Source: an uncultured Faecalibacterium sp.
Lineage (GTDB): Bacteria; Bacillota; Clostridia; Christensenellales; Aristaeellaceae
Assembly (NCBI GenBank): GCA_964464815.1
Contig: CAYXHF010000004.1
Span: 2,483 to 66,482, forward strand
Reading direction: 5' to 3'
Length of the DNA: 64,000 bases
Shown: in pieces, positions 46,909 to 55,795 of the stretch
Position numbering within the stretch: the stretch's first letter is position 1
How the letters are laid out: each line of letters starts with the position of its first letter
Notes under the pieces: model-generated
The model's input: the letters and a program-made list of their open reading frames with translations, nothing else
What the model was told of the DNA's origin: nothing
The model's database searches: none
Translations under genes and position numbers: made by a program

Positions 46909-48722
46909 GTGAAGTAAAACGTCGGCCCATGCACGGCCCGCGCCGTGGCCCGGGTGCGCCGGGCGAGAAGGCCAAGGACTTCCGCGGCTCGATGGGCAAG
47001 CTGATTCGCCATTGCAAGCCGTTTTATCCGGCCATTTTACTGGCCGTGCTGGGCGACTTTGTGGGCGTGATTATCCGCCTGATTGGCCCGGACAAAATCA
47101 GCGAAATTACCAACCTGATCAGCGCTGGATTGATGGGCGAAATTGATATGCCCGCGATTCAGAAGATTTGCGTGACACTGCTGATTCTCTACGCCGTGGG
47201 CGCATTGCTCAGCTTCATGACGGGCGTTGTGATGACGCTGGTGACGCAAAAGGTCAACCGCGGTCTGCGCGACGATATTTCCCACAAAATCAACCGCCTG
47301 CCGGTTGGCTACTTCCAGGCAACCTCCACGGGTGATGTGCTGTCCCGCGTGACCAACGACGTGGACACCATCGGTCAGACGCTGCAAAACAGCCTGACGA
47401 GCCTCGTTTCCGCCGCCACGATGTTTGTTGGCAGCGTGGTGATGATGGTTTCGACCAACTGGCTGATGGCGCTGACGGCCGTGCTGTCGTCCCTGATTGG
47501 CTTTGCGCTGATGCTGGGCATCATGGGCAAGTCCCAGCGCTACTTCGTCGCACGCCAGCGCTGGCTGGGCGATTTGAACGGCCATATCGAGGAAATCTAC
47601 ACCGGCCATCAGGTGGTACGCCTCTTCGGTGCGGAAAAGAAGGAACAGGCAGAATTCGACCGCATCAATGGCAAGATGCAGGAGACGGACTGGAAGAGCC
47701 AGTTCATGTCCGGCCTGATGATGCCGCTGATGGGCTTTATCGGCAACTTCGCCTACGTGGCGGTCTGCGTGGTCGGCGCGGTGCTGGTCATGAAGAACTA
47801 CATTTCCTTCGGCGTGATTGTCGCCTTCATGATGTATGTGCGTCTGTTCACATCGCCCCTGAGCCAGCTGGCACAGGCGGCCACGAACCTGCAATCGGCC
47901 GCCGCCGCTGCGGAGCGTGTGTTTGAATTCATCGAGGCCGAGGAAATGCCCGACGAATCGCATCTGCCGGCGCAGAGCCGTCAGGTTCGCGGCGAGGTGA
48001 CGTTTGACCACGTGCGCTTCGGCTACACCAAGGACAAGATGATCATCCACGACTTCTCCGAGCATATCAAGCCCGGCCAGAAGGTCGCCATTGTCGGCCC
48101 GACGGGCGCTGGCAAAACGACCATGGTCAACCTGCTGATGAAGTTCTACCCGCTGGATGGCGGCGAAATCAGCATTGACGGCGTGCCACTGTCCCAGATG
48201 ACGCGGGAGCATGTCCACGACCTGTTCGGCATGGTTTTGCAGGATACGTGGCTGTTTGAAGGCTCGATTCGCGACAACCTCTGCTACGGCAAGGAAGGCA
48301 TCACGGACGAGAAGCTGGACGAGGTGACGCGCGCCACGGGCCTGTATCATCTGATTCACACACTGCCGGAGGGCTATGACACGCTGCTGAGCGACAAATT
48401 GAACCTCTCCGCCGGTCAGAAGCAGCTGATGACGATTGCCCGCGCGATGATTGAAAACGCACCGATGCTGATTCTGGACGAAGCAACGTCCTCCGTAGAC
48501 ACGCGCACGGAAATGCTGATTCAGCAGGCGATGGACACCCTGACAAAGGGCCGCACGTCGTTTGTGATTGCGCATCGTCTGTCCACCATCAAGAATTCGG
48601 ACAAGATTCTTGTCATGCGCCACGGCGACATTGTAGAATCCGGCACGCACGAGGAATTGCTGGCACAGAACGGCTTCTATGCGGAGCTGTACAACTCGCA
48701 GTTTGAAAACGCTGCGTCCTGA
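46905..48722 (+). CDS. ABC exporter, fused permease/ATPase (heterodimer subunit 2)
   Basis: Six TM segments plus an NBD: GPTGAGKTT, LSAGQKQLMTIARA, LILDEATSSVD. A 4-nt overlap with subunit 1. Confidence 0.9.
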   Translation: MSEVKRRPMHGPRRGPGAPGEKAKDFRGSMGKLIRHCKPFYPAILLAVLGDFVGVIIRLIGPDKISEITNLISAGLMGEIDMPAIQKICVTLLILYAVGALLSFMTGVVMTLVTQKVNRGLRDDISHKINRLPVGYFQATSTGDVLSRVTNDVDTIGQTLQNSLTSLVSAATMFVGSVVMMVSTNWLMALTAVLSSLIGFALMLGIMGKSQRYFVARQRWLGDLNGHIEEIYTGHQVVRLFGAEKKEQAEFDRINGKMQETDWKSQFMSGLMMPLMGFIGNFAYVAVCVVGAVLVMKNYISFGVIVAFMMYVRLFTSPLSQLAQAATNLQSAAAAAERVFEFIEAEEMPDESHLPAQSRQVRGEVTFDHVRFGYTKDKMIIHDFSEHIKPGQKVAIVGPTGAGKTTMVNLLMKFYPLDGGEISIDGVPLSQMTREHVHDLFGMVLQDTWLFEGSIRDNLCYGKEGITDEKLDEVTRATGLYHLIHTLPEGYDTLLSDKLNLSAGQKQLMTIARAMIENAPMLILDEATSSVDTRTEMLIQQAMDTLTKGRTSFVIAHRLSTIKNSDKILVMRHGDIVESGTHEELLAQNGFYAELYNSQFENAAS

Positions 48723-48726
48723 CATA

Positions 48727-48776
48727 CAAAAAGAAGCGCTATTGCAGATGCTGATTGTCTGCAATAGCGCTTTTTG
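48727..48776. terminator. bidirectional intrinsic terminator
   Basis: 14-bp stem AGCGCTATTGCAGA / TCTGCAATAGCGCT, flanked by an A-run and a T-run. Lies between convergent genes. Confidence 0.8.
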
Positions 48777-49925
48777 TTATGTTTCTGTTTCGTCCTTTTC
48801 CACCGGGCGATTGTTCTTTTTGCGTGCCGCCAGGGCATCAATCTGGCAGAAAATATCCGCCATATGTGTATCACGATTCAGGAACGGGCCGATGCGCTTG
48901 CGAATCATCTGCGCCTCCGCTTCGTTGCCGCCCTGCAAGCGTTGCACCGCATAGAAGGCCGCGGCGGCCATGGGCGTGACGAACATATTCAGACGCGCCG
49001 ACTTGCCCTCCTTGCTCTGATAGAAACGGGTGCATTCACCCGGCTGGTCACACAGCAATTCGCACAGCGTTCCCACGTGCAGGAGCATCTCCCAATTGCT
49101 TTCCGACAGATGCGCATTGCTGTCCACCACACGATGTGCCAGCACCACCGCCGTTGCGTAGTCCTTCTGCTGCATCGCCTGAATCGCGTAATTCAGCGCG
49201 GCCGTTGCGTCAAAGGGCGTCTTCACCACGTCCGGGCAGGGGAAGCAATCACCCAGCGCCGTTTCCGTCAACGGCTTGGCCAGCATTTGCTGATCCAGCA
49301 GGAGCAGATGTCCCCAGTAAATACGGCGCTCCTGCTCCTGACGTGCCAGCGCCCATGCCGTCACGACAGACGCACGCGTATAGCGTCGTCCCAGCGGCAG
49401 GAGCTGATACAGCAGCAAAATCATGCCGCCCAGCGCCAATTCGCACAGCACCATCGACACCGGCTCGCCGATTTTCAGCACGGTCAGCACGGCAAACACC
49501 ACCATCCACACCAGTGCAAACAGCGTGTCACCCAGCACCACCAATGACGCGTGCCACGACTTCATTTCTTCATACGCACTCGGAACCAGCGTCACCGAGC
49601 CCATGAAGCGTGTCCGGCGGCAACCGCGCACCGTTTCCAGCTTGCCATTTTCATCCCGTCGGATGGTATGCATCAGCGCTTCATAGGACTGCACCTTCCA
49701 ACCACAGCACAAGCCCGCCAGCAGCTGTCCCACGTCTGCCATCGGCACAAGCAGCAGCGCCGTGAAGAGCATGCCCACATACATCAGCGCATCTGCAAGC
49801 AGGATATCCTCCTCCGGCAGGTAGTATGACAGCATCGACAGCACCACCGAGCAAGTCACCATCGTGACAACCAGGCACACCAGGCGCACATTCGGCAACC
49901 ACCGCTGAAATAACTTTTTCTTCAT
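48777..49925 (-). CDS. membrane protein, catalytically degenerate paralog of the upstream M50-like protease
   Basis: Aligns by eye with 49922-51097, but HEVGH is replaced by ADVGQ (LLVPMADVGQLLAG) and NNDG is lost. Its ATG overlaps the upstream stop (ATGA). Confidence 0.7.
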   Translation of the reverse strand: MKKKLFQRWLPNVRLVCLVVTMVTCSVVLSMLSYYLPEEDILLADALMYVGMLFTALLLVPMADVGQLLAGLCCGWKVQSYEALMHTIRRDENGKLETVRGCRRTRFMGSVTLVPSAYEEMKSWHASLVVLGDTLFALVWMVVFAVLTVLKIGEPVSMVLCELALGGMILLLYQLLPLGRRYTRASVVTAWALARQEQERRIYWGHLLLLDQQMLAKPLTETALGDCFPCPDVVKTPFDATAALNYAIQAMQQKDYATAVVLAHRVVDSNAHLSESNWEMLLHVGTLCELLCDQPGECTRFYQSKEGKSARLNMFVTPMAAAAFYAVQRLQGGNEAEAQMIRKRIGPFLNRDTHMADIFCQIDALAARKKNNRPVEKDETET

Positions 49926-51097
49926 CCGTTTGTTTCCTTTTCCATTATATTTTCTTCCTCCTGCGCATGGCATGCCTGCCATTTTTCCAGGACGCTTTGC
50001 ATCAGCAGCATTTCCGGCAGGATGGACACTTGCTGCCCCTTCGTCTGTACGATGATTTTCTCGGCCATCTGGCGCGACCTTTCCGCCTTCTGCAAATCAT
50101 GATCGTGCAGCAGATGCACGCCATAGGCCACCACCGGCATCAACGGTATGCGCATCAGGCCCTGCACGCTCTGCTGATATTCAGGCATGACATAGTAACG
50201 AAGGCATTCGCCCTTTTCATCCGTCAGCAATTCGCACAGTGCACCCATGGCTACCATCATCTGCTTGCGCAGCACCATCATGGGCGGCTTATTGTCCAGT
50301 ATCGCATGGCATTCCTGCTTGACGCGTTCATATTCCTGCATTTCCAGCAGGCGGCAGAGACGAAGGAAGTCGATTTCGCCTTCCAATGTATTCTGCGGCA
50401 GCTCTTCGTTGACGAACCATTCCTCCGGCAAATCCTGCAAGCGCTTGCCTTGCAGATTCTCCGCATTGATGCGCAGCTGCTTCCACGCGGCATAGCGGGT
50501 CTGCTTCCGCTGACGGAGCAGGAGCAGGTTCACGCCATCGTTATTGATTATCTGGGACAGCGGCAGCAGATTGTTCAGCACGGACAGCAGCAAGCCAAGG
50601 AAAGCCGCCCACCACATCGTGCCTGCCATCGTTCCATAGCGCGGCAAGGCCACCAGCAGCGTTCCAAGCGCCAGCACAGCCGTGATCAGGATACCGCCCG
50701 CGTTATACCACCCATACGGCAAGCGGCCGTCCTGCGGCCATTCTGGCGGCACCATGACGCACTGTCCCATCGCGCCCGGCAGATGCCATGTGCCGATTTT
50801 CCACTTGTTATTCTCCGTGCGAGTCAGCTGCCACCCAAACGCCGCAAAGCTCTGCAAGCGGTATCCCGTCAGCAAGCCGCAAATCAGATGACCCACTTCG
50901 TGTATCGGTACAATCAGGATATTCACCGCGAGAATCAGCAGCAACGCCAGCCAATATGTCGCAAAGGAGTCCATGGCGAATATCCACGGCAGGAGGCTAA
51001 CGCCGATACCCACGCCGAGCAGCAAACTTGCGCCCATGCCCTTTCTGTTTGAGGACTTTTTTGTTTTCGTCTGTGCATCTGGGGCTTGCTTTTTCAT
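49922..51097 (-). CDS. M50/site-2-protease-like membrane metalloprotease with a helical-repeat C-terminal domain
   Basis: HExxH lies within a TM segment (LIVPIHEVGHLICG), with a downstream NNLLPLSQIINNDG (NxxPxxxxDG-like). AGGAG lies 6 nt before the ATG at 51097. Confidence 0.7.
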   Translation of the reverse strand: MKKQAPDAQTKTKKSSNRKGMGASLLLGVGIGVSLLPWIFAMDSFATYWLALLLILAVNILIVPIHEVGHLICGLLTGYRLQSFAAFGWQLTRTENNKWKIGTWHLPGAMGQCVMVPPEWPQDGRLPYGWYNAGGILITAVLALGTLLVALPRYGTMAGTMWWAAFLGLLLSVLNNLLPLSQIINNDGVNLLLLRQRKQTRYAAWKQLRINAENLQGKRLQDLPEEWFVNEELPQNTLEGEIDFLRLCRLLEMQEYERVKQECHAILDNKPPMMVLRKQMMVAMGALCELLTDEKGECLRYYVMPEYQQSVQGLMRIPLMPVVAYGVHLLHDHDLQKAERSRQMAEKIIVQTKGQQVSILPEMLLMQSVLEKWQACHAQEEENIMEKETNG

Positions 51098-51173
51098 ATC
51101 GTTTCTCCTATTCCCGGGGAATGTCTGCGTTTGCCACCGCTTCGTTCCTTTTTCCTCACAAAAGCCATAGGAT

Positions 51174-51202
51174 AGTATACCGCTTTTCCCTTTTTTCGTC
51201 AA
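51174..51202 (-). promoter_or_regulatory. candidate sigma-A promoter of the M50-like gene pair
   Basis: On the minus strand: TTGACG (51202-51197), 17-nt spacer, TATACT (51179-51174). Confidence 0.5.
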
Positions 51203-51252
51203 CCGGTGGGGAAGGGACAACAAAATCTCATGAAAAAAAGTCATTTTACCTA

Positions 51253-51281
51253 TTGACAAGGTAGGTTTTGCGTGGTATACT
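51253..51281 (+). promoter_or_regulatory. near-consensus sigma-A promoter of the metY-cysK leader
   Basis: TTGACA (51253-51258), 17-nt spacer, TATACT (51276-51281), with TG at 51273-51274 as an extended -10. The 9-bp inverted repeat GGTAGGTTT (51260-51268) / AAACCTACC (51282-51290) brackets the -10. Confidence 0.7.
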
Positions 51282-51328
51282 AAACCTACCCAAACGATAG
51301 GGAATGTATTTCGGAAGGAGGCGTTCAC

Positions 51329-51457
51329 ATGAAGGCTCGTAGCATCGCCATGATGATGATGTGCATGTGTGCTTGCCGCATGTGCATGCTTTTGCATACC
51401 TTCCTGTCCGATATGCGCTCCACCGTAGGGGAAAGGCACATCTCCGCATCACCGTAA
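51329..51457 (+). CDS. candidate regulatory leader peptide, 42 codons, Met/Cys-rich
   Basis: GGAAGGAGG (51313-51321) lies 7 nt before the ATG. Translation: MKARSIAMMMMCMCACRMCMLLHTFLSDMRSTVGERHISASP. Residues 8-20 contain 7 Met and 4 Cys. It is below the ORF-track size cutoff. Confidence 0.6.
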   Translation: MKARSIAMMMMCMCACRMCMLLHTFLSDMRSTVGERHISASP

Positions 51458-51479
51458 TTGCGGAGCAACGCGTGTTCAC

Positions 51480-51518
51480 CACCGGGAGACTTCATCGGAG
51501 TCTCCCGGTGTATTTTTT
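51480..51518 (+). terminator. intrinsic terminator (attenuator) between the leader ORF and metY
   Basis: 12-bp GC-rich stem CACCGGGAGACT / AGTCTCCCGGTG with a 7-nt loop, followed by TATTTTTT. It lies 22 nt after the leader stop and 143 nt before the metY ATG. Confidence 0.8.
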
Positions 51519-51661
51519 AGGAATAGGCAGGTGATTGTCCCTATGAAGGCTTACTTTGAAAAGCTTGTTCGGGCCAATTTCCGTTTCGGGCGAATGTGTC
51601 GTGCTTGCTCTTGTTTCTGCATTCACAACGACAACACACGCAACGAAAGGAAATGATACAT

Positions 51662-52945
51662 ATGTCTCACTATCATTTTGAAACCCTGCAACTCCATGTC
51701 GGCCAGGAACACCCCGACCCTGCAACGGATGCCCGTGCTGTGCCGATTTATCAGACGACCTCCTATGTCTTCCACAATTCTGCCCATGCGGCGGCACGCT
51801 TTGGCCTGTCCGATGCCGGAAACATCTACGGCCGCCTGACCAATTCGACACAGGATGTGCTGGAAAAGCGCGTGGCGGCGCTGGAAGGCGGCGTGGCCGC
51901 TTTGGCACTCGCATCGGGTGCGGCGGCTATTGCCTACACACTGGAGGCGCTGGGACAAAACGGCGGTCACTTTGTTGCCCAGAAGACCATTTACGGTGGC
52001 AGCTACAACCTGTTGGCACACACCCTGCCCAACTTTGGCATCACGGCCACCTTTGTCAATATTCACGATTTAGCCGAGGTCGAGGCTGCCATTCAGGACA
52101 ACACGCGCGGCATTTACATTGAGACACTTGGCAACCCGAACAGCGACATTCCGGACATTGACGCTTTGGCGGCACTGGCGCACCGTCACGGTCTGCCCCT
52201 TGTGGTCGATAACACCTTTGGCACGCCGTACCTGATTCGCCCCATTGAACACGGCGCGGACATCGTGGTGCATTCCGCCACCAAGTTCTTAGGCGGACAC
52301 GGAACAACACTCGGTGGCATCATTGTCGATTCCGGCAACTTCGACTGGACAGTCAGTGGCCACTATCCCGCGATTGCCGACGCCAACCCCAGCTATCACG
52401 GCGTATCCTTTGTCAAGGCGGCAGGCCCGGCGGCCTTTGTCACCTACATCCGCGCCATTTTGCTGCGCGATACAGGCGCGACGATTTCTCCCTTTGCCGC
52501 ATTTTTGCTCTTGCAGGGCATCGAAACGCTTTCCCTGCGTCTGGATCGCCATGTGGAAAATACAAAAAAGGTGATTGACTTCCTTGTCAACCACCCGCAG
52601 GTCGAACACGTCAATCATCCATCCCTGGCGAATCATCCCGACCATGCACTATACCAGCGGTATTTTCCGCATGGTGGCGGATCAATCTTCACCTTTGAAA
52701 TCAAAGGCGGTGTGAAAGAGGCGCACCAGTTCATCGACCATCTGGAAATCTTCTCATTGCTGGCCAACGTCGCCGACGTCAAGAGCCTGGTGATTCACCC
52801 GGCCACGACAACGCACAGTCAGCTTTCCGAGGATGAATTAGCCGATCAGGGCATTCGCCCCAACACCATTCGCCTGTCCATCGGCACGGAGCATATTGAC
52901 GATATTCTCGCCGATTTGCAAAAGGGCTTTGATGCTGTGCAATAA
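51662..52945 (+). CDS. metY: O-acetylhomoserine sulfhydrylase (Cys/Met-metabolism PLP enzyme)
   Basis: [12 protein letters not shown]..., [11 protein letters not shown], and PLP-lysine motif [11 protein letters not shown]. Confidence 0.85.
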   Translation: MSHYHFETLQLHVGQEHPDPATDARAVPIYQTTSYVFHNSAHAAARFGLSDAGNIYGRLTNSTQDVLEKRVAALEGGVAALALASGAAAIAYTLEALGQNGGHFVAQKTIYGGSYNLLAHTLPNFGITATFVNIHDLAEVEAAIQDNTRGIYIETLGNPNSDIPDIDALAALAHRHGLPLVVDNTFGTPYLIRPIEHGADIVVHSATKFLGGHGTTLGGIIVDSGNFDWTVSGHYPAIADANPSYHGVSFVKAAGPAAFVTYIRAILLRDTGATISPFAAFLLLQGIETLSLRLDRHVENTKKVIDFLVNHPQVEHVNHPSLANHPDHALYQRYFPHGGGSIFTFEIKGGVKEAHQFIDHLEIFSLLANVADVKSLVIHPATTTHSQLSEDELADQGIRPNTIRLSIGTEHIDDILADLQKGFDAVQ

Positions 52946-52970
52946 TCGCAACCACAAGGAGGAAATGGCC

Positions 52971-53915
52971 ATGTCCCGCATTTTCACATCCGCCGACCAA
53001 CTGATCGGCCACACACCCTTGCTGGAGCTTACCCATATTGAGCAGGATTTCGGCCTGAAGGCCAGAATTCTGGCAAAGCTTGAAGGCTTCAATCCTGCCG
53101 GTTCGGTCAAGGACCGCATTGCAAAAGCCATGATTGACGATGCCGAGCAGCGTGGCTTGTTAACGCCCGATTCTGTCATCATTGAGCCTACCTCCGGTAA
53201 CACCGGCATCGGGCTTGCCGCCGTAGCCACAGCGCGTGGATACCGCACCATCATCGTTATGCCCGAAACCATGTCCGTGGAACGGCGTCAGCTGATGCAG
53301 GCATACGGCGCAGAGCTTGTCTTAACCGAAGGTGCAAAGGGGATGAAGGGCGCCATCGCTGCCGCCGAAGCACTTGCCGCGCAAACGCCACACAGCTTTC
53401 TGCCCGGTCAATTCGTCAATCCCGCCAACCCGAAGGCCCATCGGGAAACGACCGGCCCGGAAATTGACGCTGACACCGATGGGCATGTAGACATTTTTGT
53501 CGCGGGTGTCGGCACAGGTGGCACCATCACCGGTGTGGGAGAATATCTCAAAGCCAAGCATCCCCACATTCGCATCGTTGCTGTTGAGCCAGCTTCCTCC
53601 GCCGTGCTTTCCACGGGCGTAGCAGGGGCACACAAAATCCAGGGCATTGGCGCCGGCTTTGTGCCGGATGTCCTCAACACCAGCATCTATGACGAAATCA
53701 TTGCCGTCTCTAATGAGGATGCCTTTGCAACCGGACGGCGCATCGGCCAAAGAGAAGGTGTGCTTGTCGGCATTTCCTCCGGTGCCGCCACATGGGCCGC
53801 CATTACACTAGCCCAGCGCCCCGAAAATGAAGGCAAAACCATTGTTGTCCTCCTGCCAGATACCGGCGACCGCTATCTGTCTACACCACTCTTTTCTTCA
53901 ATCAATCACCCGTAA
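52971..53915 (+). CDS. cysK: cysteine synthase A (O-acetylserine sulfhydrylase)
   Basis: [11 protein letters not shown] (PLP lysine), [27 protein letters not shown] lies 7 nt before the ATG at 52971. Confidence 0.9.
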   Translation: MSRIFTSADQLIGHTPLLELTHIEQDFGLKARILAKLEGFNPAGSVKDRIAKAMIDDAEQRGLLTPDSVIIEPTSGNTGIGLAAVATARGYRTIIVMPETMSVERRQLMQAYGAELVLTEGAKGMKGAIAAAEALAAQTPHSFLPGQFVNPANPKAHRETTGPEIDADTDGHVDIFVAGVGTGGTITGVGEYLKAKHPHIRIVAVEPASSAVLSTGVAGAHKIQGIGAGFVPDVLNTSIYDEIIAVSNEDAFATGRRIGQREGVLVGISSGAATWAAITLAQRPENEGKTIVVLLPDTGDRYLSTPLFSSINHP

Positions 53916-53959
53916 AAAAGGAACGGCTGTTACAGAATTTTCTGCAACAGCCGTTTTTC
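53915..53959. terminator. bidirectional intrinsic terminator between cysK and typA
   Basis: AAAAAAGG, AACGGCTGTT, loop, AACAGCCGTT, TTTT. Confidence 0.75.
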
Positions 53960-55780
53960 TTACTGCTTATTACGCCACTGGCGTGCGCGGTCGCCCGCAT
54001 TCAGGATGCGCTTGCGCATGCGCAGCGTCTTCGGGGTGATTTCCAGCAGCTCATCGTCGTCGATGAACTCCAGGCACTCCTCCAGCGTCAGCGGATGGAC
54101 GGAAATCAGGCGCATCGCGTCTTCGGAAGCGGAAGCGTTGCGCATGTTGGTCACGTGCTTCTGCTTGCAGACGTTGACGACCAGATCGTCCGGACGCGCG
54201 TTCTGACCCACAATCATGCCCTCGTAGACATTTTGCTGTGCGCCGATGAACAGCGTGCCGCGCTCCTGCGCATAGAACAGGCCGTAGGAGGTCGAAACGC
54301 CGCTTTCATGCGCAACCAGTGCGCCCACGTTGCGGTGCGGAATGTCGCCCTTAATCGGCTCGTACTTCTCGAACACGGCGGACATGATGCCTTCGCCACG
54401 GGTGTCGGTCATGAACTCGCTGCGATAGCCGAACAGGCCACGGGACGGCACCAGGAATTCCAGGCGCACACGGTCCAGACCAGACATATGCTCCAGCGTA
54501 CCACGGCGGCGGCCAATCTTCTCAATAACCGCACCAGCAGACGCCTGAGGCGTATCGACGACAAGGCGCTCAATCGGCTCGCACTTCACGCCGTCAATTT
54601 CGCGATAGATGACGCGCGGCTTGGACACGGCGAACTCGTAGCCCTGACGGCGCATGTTTTCAATCAGGATGGACAGATGCAGTTCGCCACGGCCGCAAAC
54701 CTCAAAGGCATCCGTGCTGTCGGTGTCGTTGACGCGCAGGGAGACGTCCGTCTGCAACTCGCGCATCAGGCGCGCGCGCAGGTGACGGCTGGTCACATAC
54801 GTGCCTTCACGGCCGGCGAACGGAGAGTCATTGACCTGGAAGGTCATCGTGACGGTTGGTTCGCTAATCTTGACAAAGGGCAGCGCCTCGATGCATTCCG
54901 GTGCGCAAACGGTGTCACCAATGGACAAATCCGGTGCGCCGGAGAGCGCCACGATGTCGCCCATGCCAACCGTCTCCGCATCCACGCGCTTGAGGCCGTC
55001 GTACTGATACAGGCTACCCAGACGCCACTGCTGGCTGGTCACGCCAGTCTGGCTGTTGGTGTGGATGACGTTCATGCCCGCCTTGAAGGAGCCGCGCATC
55101 ACGCGACCCACGCCAATGCGGCCCACATACTCGGAGTAGTCGATGGTGGAAATCAGCACCTGTGCCGGGCCGTCGGGATCACCCTCGGGTGCGGGAATGT
55201 ACTTCAGGATGGAATCGAACAGCGGGCGCAGGTCCGTGCCGGGCGTGTCCAAATCCAGCGTCGCCGTACCCTTACGGGCGGAGACGTAGAGAATCGGGTT
55301 CTCAATCGTGCTTTCGTCTGCTTCCAGGTCAATCAGCAGGTCGAGAATCTCGCCCACGACCTCCTCGCAGCGCGCATCGGGACGGTCAATCTTGTTAATG
55401 ACAATCATGACCTTCAGCTTCAGCTCCAGCGCCTTCTTCAGCACGAAGCGCGTCTGGGGCATCGGGCCTTCAAAGCTGTCCACCAGCAGCAGCACGCCGT
55501 CCACCATCTTCAGCACGCGTTCCACTTCGCCGCCGAAGTCCGCGTGACCAGGGGTATCGACGATGTTAATCTTCGTGTTGCCATAATGCACAGCCGTGTT
55601 CTTGGCCAGAATGGTGATGCCGCGTTCACGTTCAATCGCGCCGGAGTCCATCACGCGGTCTACGGTCTGCTGATTTTCATGATACACACCGCCCTGCTTG
55701 AGCATCTGGTCAACCAGCGTGGTCTTACCATGGTCAACGTGGGCAATAATAGCAATGTTGCGAATATCTTCACGAACCAT
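53960..55780 (-). CDS. typA: translational GTPase TypA/BipA
   Basis: [38 protein letters not shown]. 606 aa. Confidence 0.95.
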   Translation of the reverse strand: MVREDIRNIAIIAHVDHGKTTLVDQMLKQGGVYHENQQTVDRVMDSGAIERERGITILAKNTAVHYGNTKINIVDTPGHADFGGEVERVLKMVDGVLLLVDSFEGPMPQTRFVLKKALELKLKVMIVINKIDRPDARCEEVVGEILDLLIDLEADESTIENPILYVSARKGTATLDLDTPGTDLRPLFDSILKYIPAPEGDPDGPAQVLISTIDYSEYVGRIGVGRVMRGSFKAGMNVIHTNSQTGVTSQQWRLGSLYQYDGLKRVDAETVGMGDIVALSGAPDLSIGDTVCAPECIEALPFVKISEPTVTMTFQVNDSPFAGREGTYVTSRHLRARLMRELQTDVSLRVNDTDSTDAFEVCGRGELHLSILIENMRRQGYEFAVSKPRVIYREIDGVKCEPIERLVVDTPQASAGAVIEKIGRRRGTLEHMSGLDRVRLEFLVPSRGLFGYRSEFMTDTRGEGIMSAVFEKYEPIKGDIPHRNVGALVAHESGVSTSYGLFYAQERGTLFIGAQQNVYEGMIVGQNARPDDLVVNVCKQKHVTNMRNASASEDAMRLISVHPLTLEECLEFIDDDELLEITPKTLRMRKRILNAGDRARQWRNKQ

Positions 55781-55795
55781 TCGTTATACTCTCCT

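Noticed and set aside
51329-51457. The Met/Cys-rich sORF as a RiPP precursor or metal-binding peptide gene
   Set aside because: No modification enzyme, exporter or immunity gene is adjacent. The Cys/Met cluster is N-terminal rather than in a C-terminal core. The ORF is followed immediately by a terminator and by the Met/Cys biosynthesis genes, which fits a regulatory leader better.
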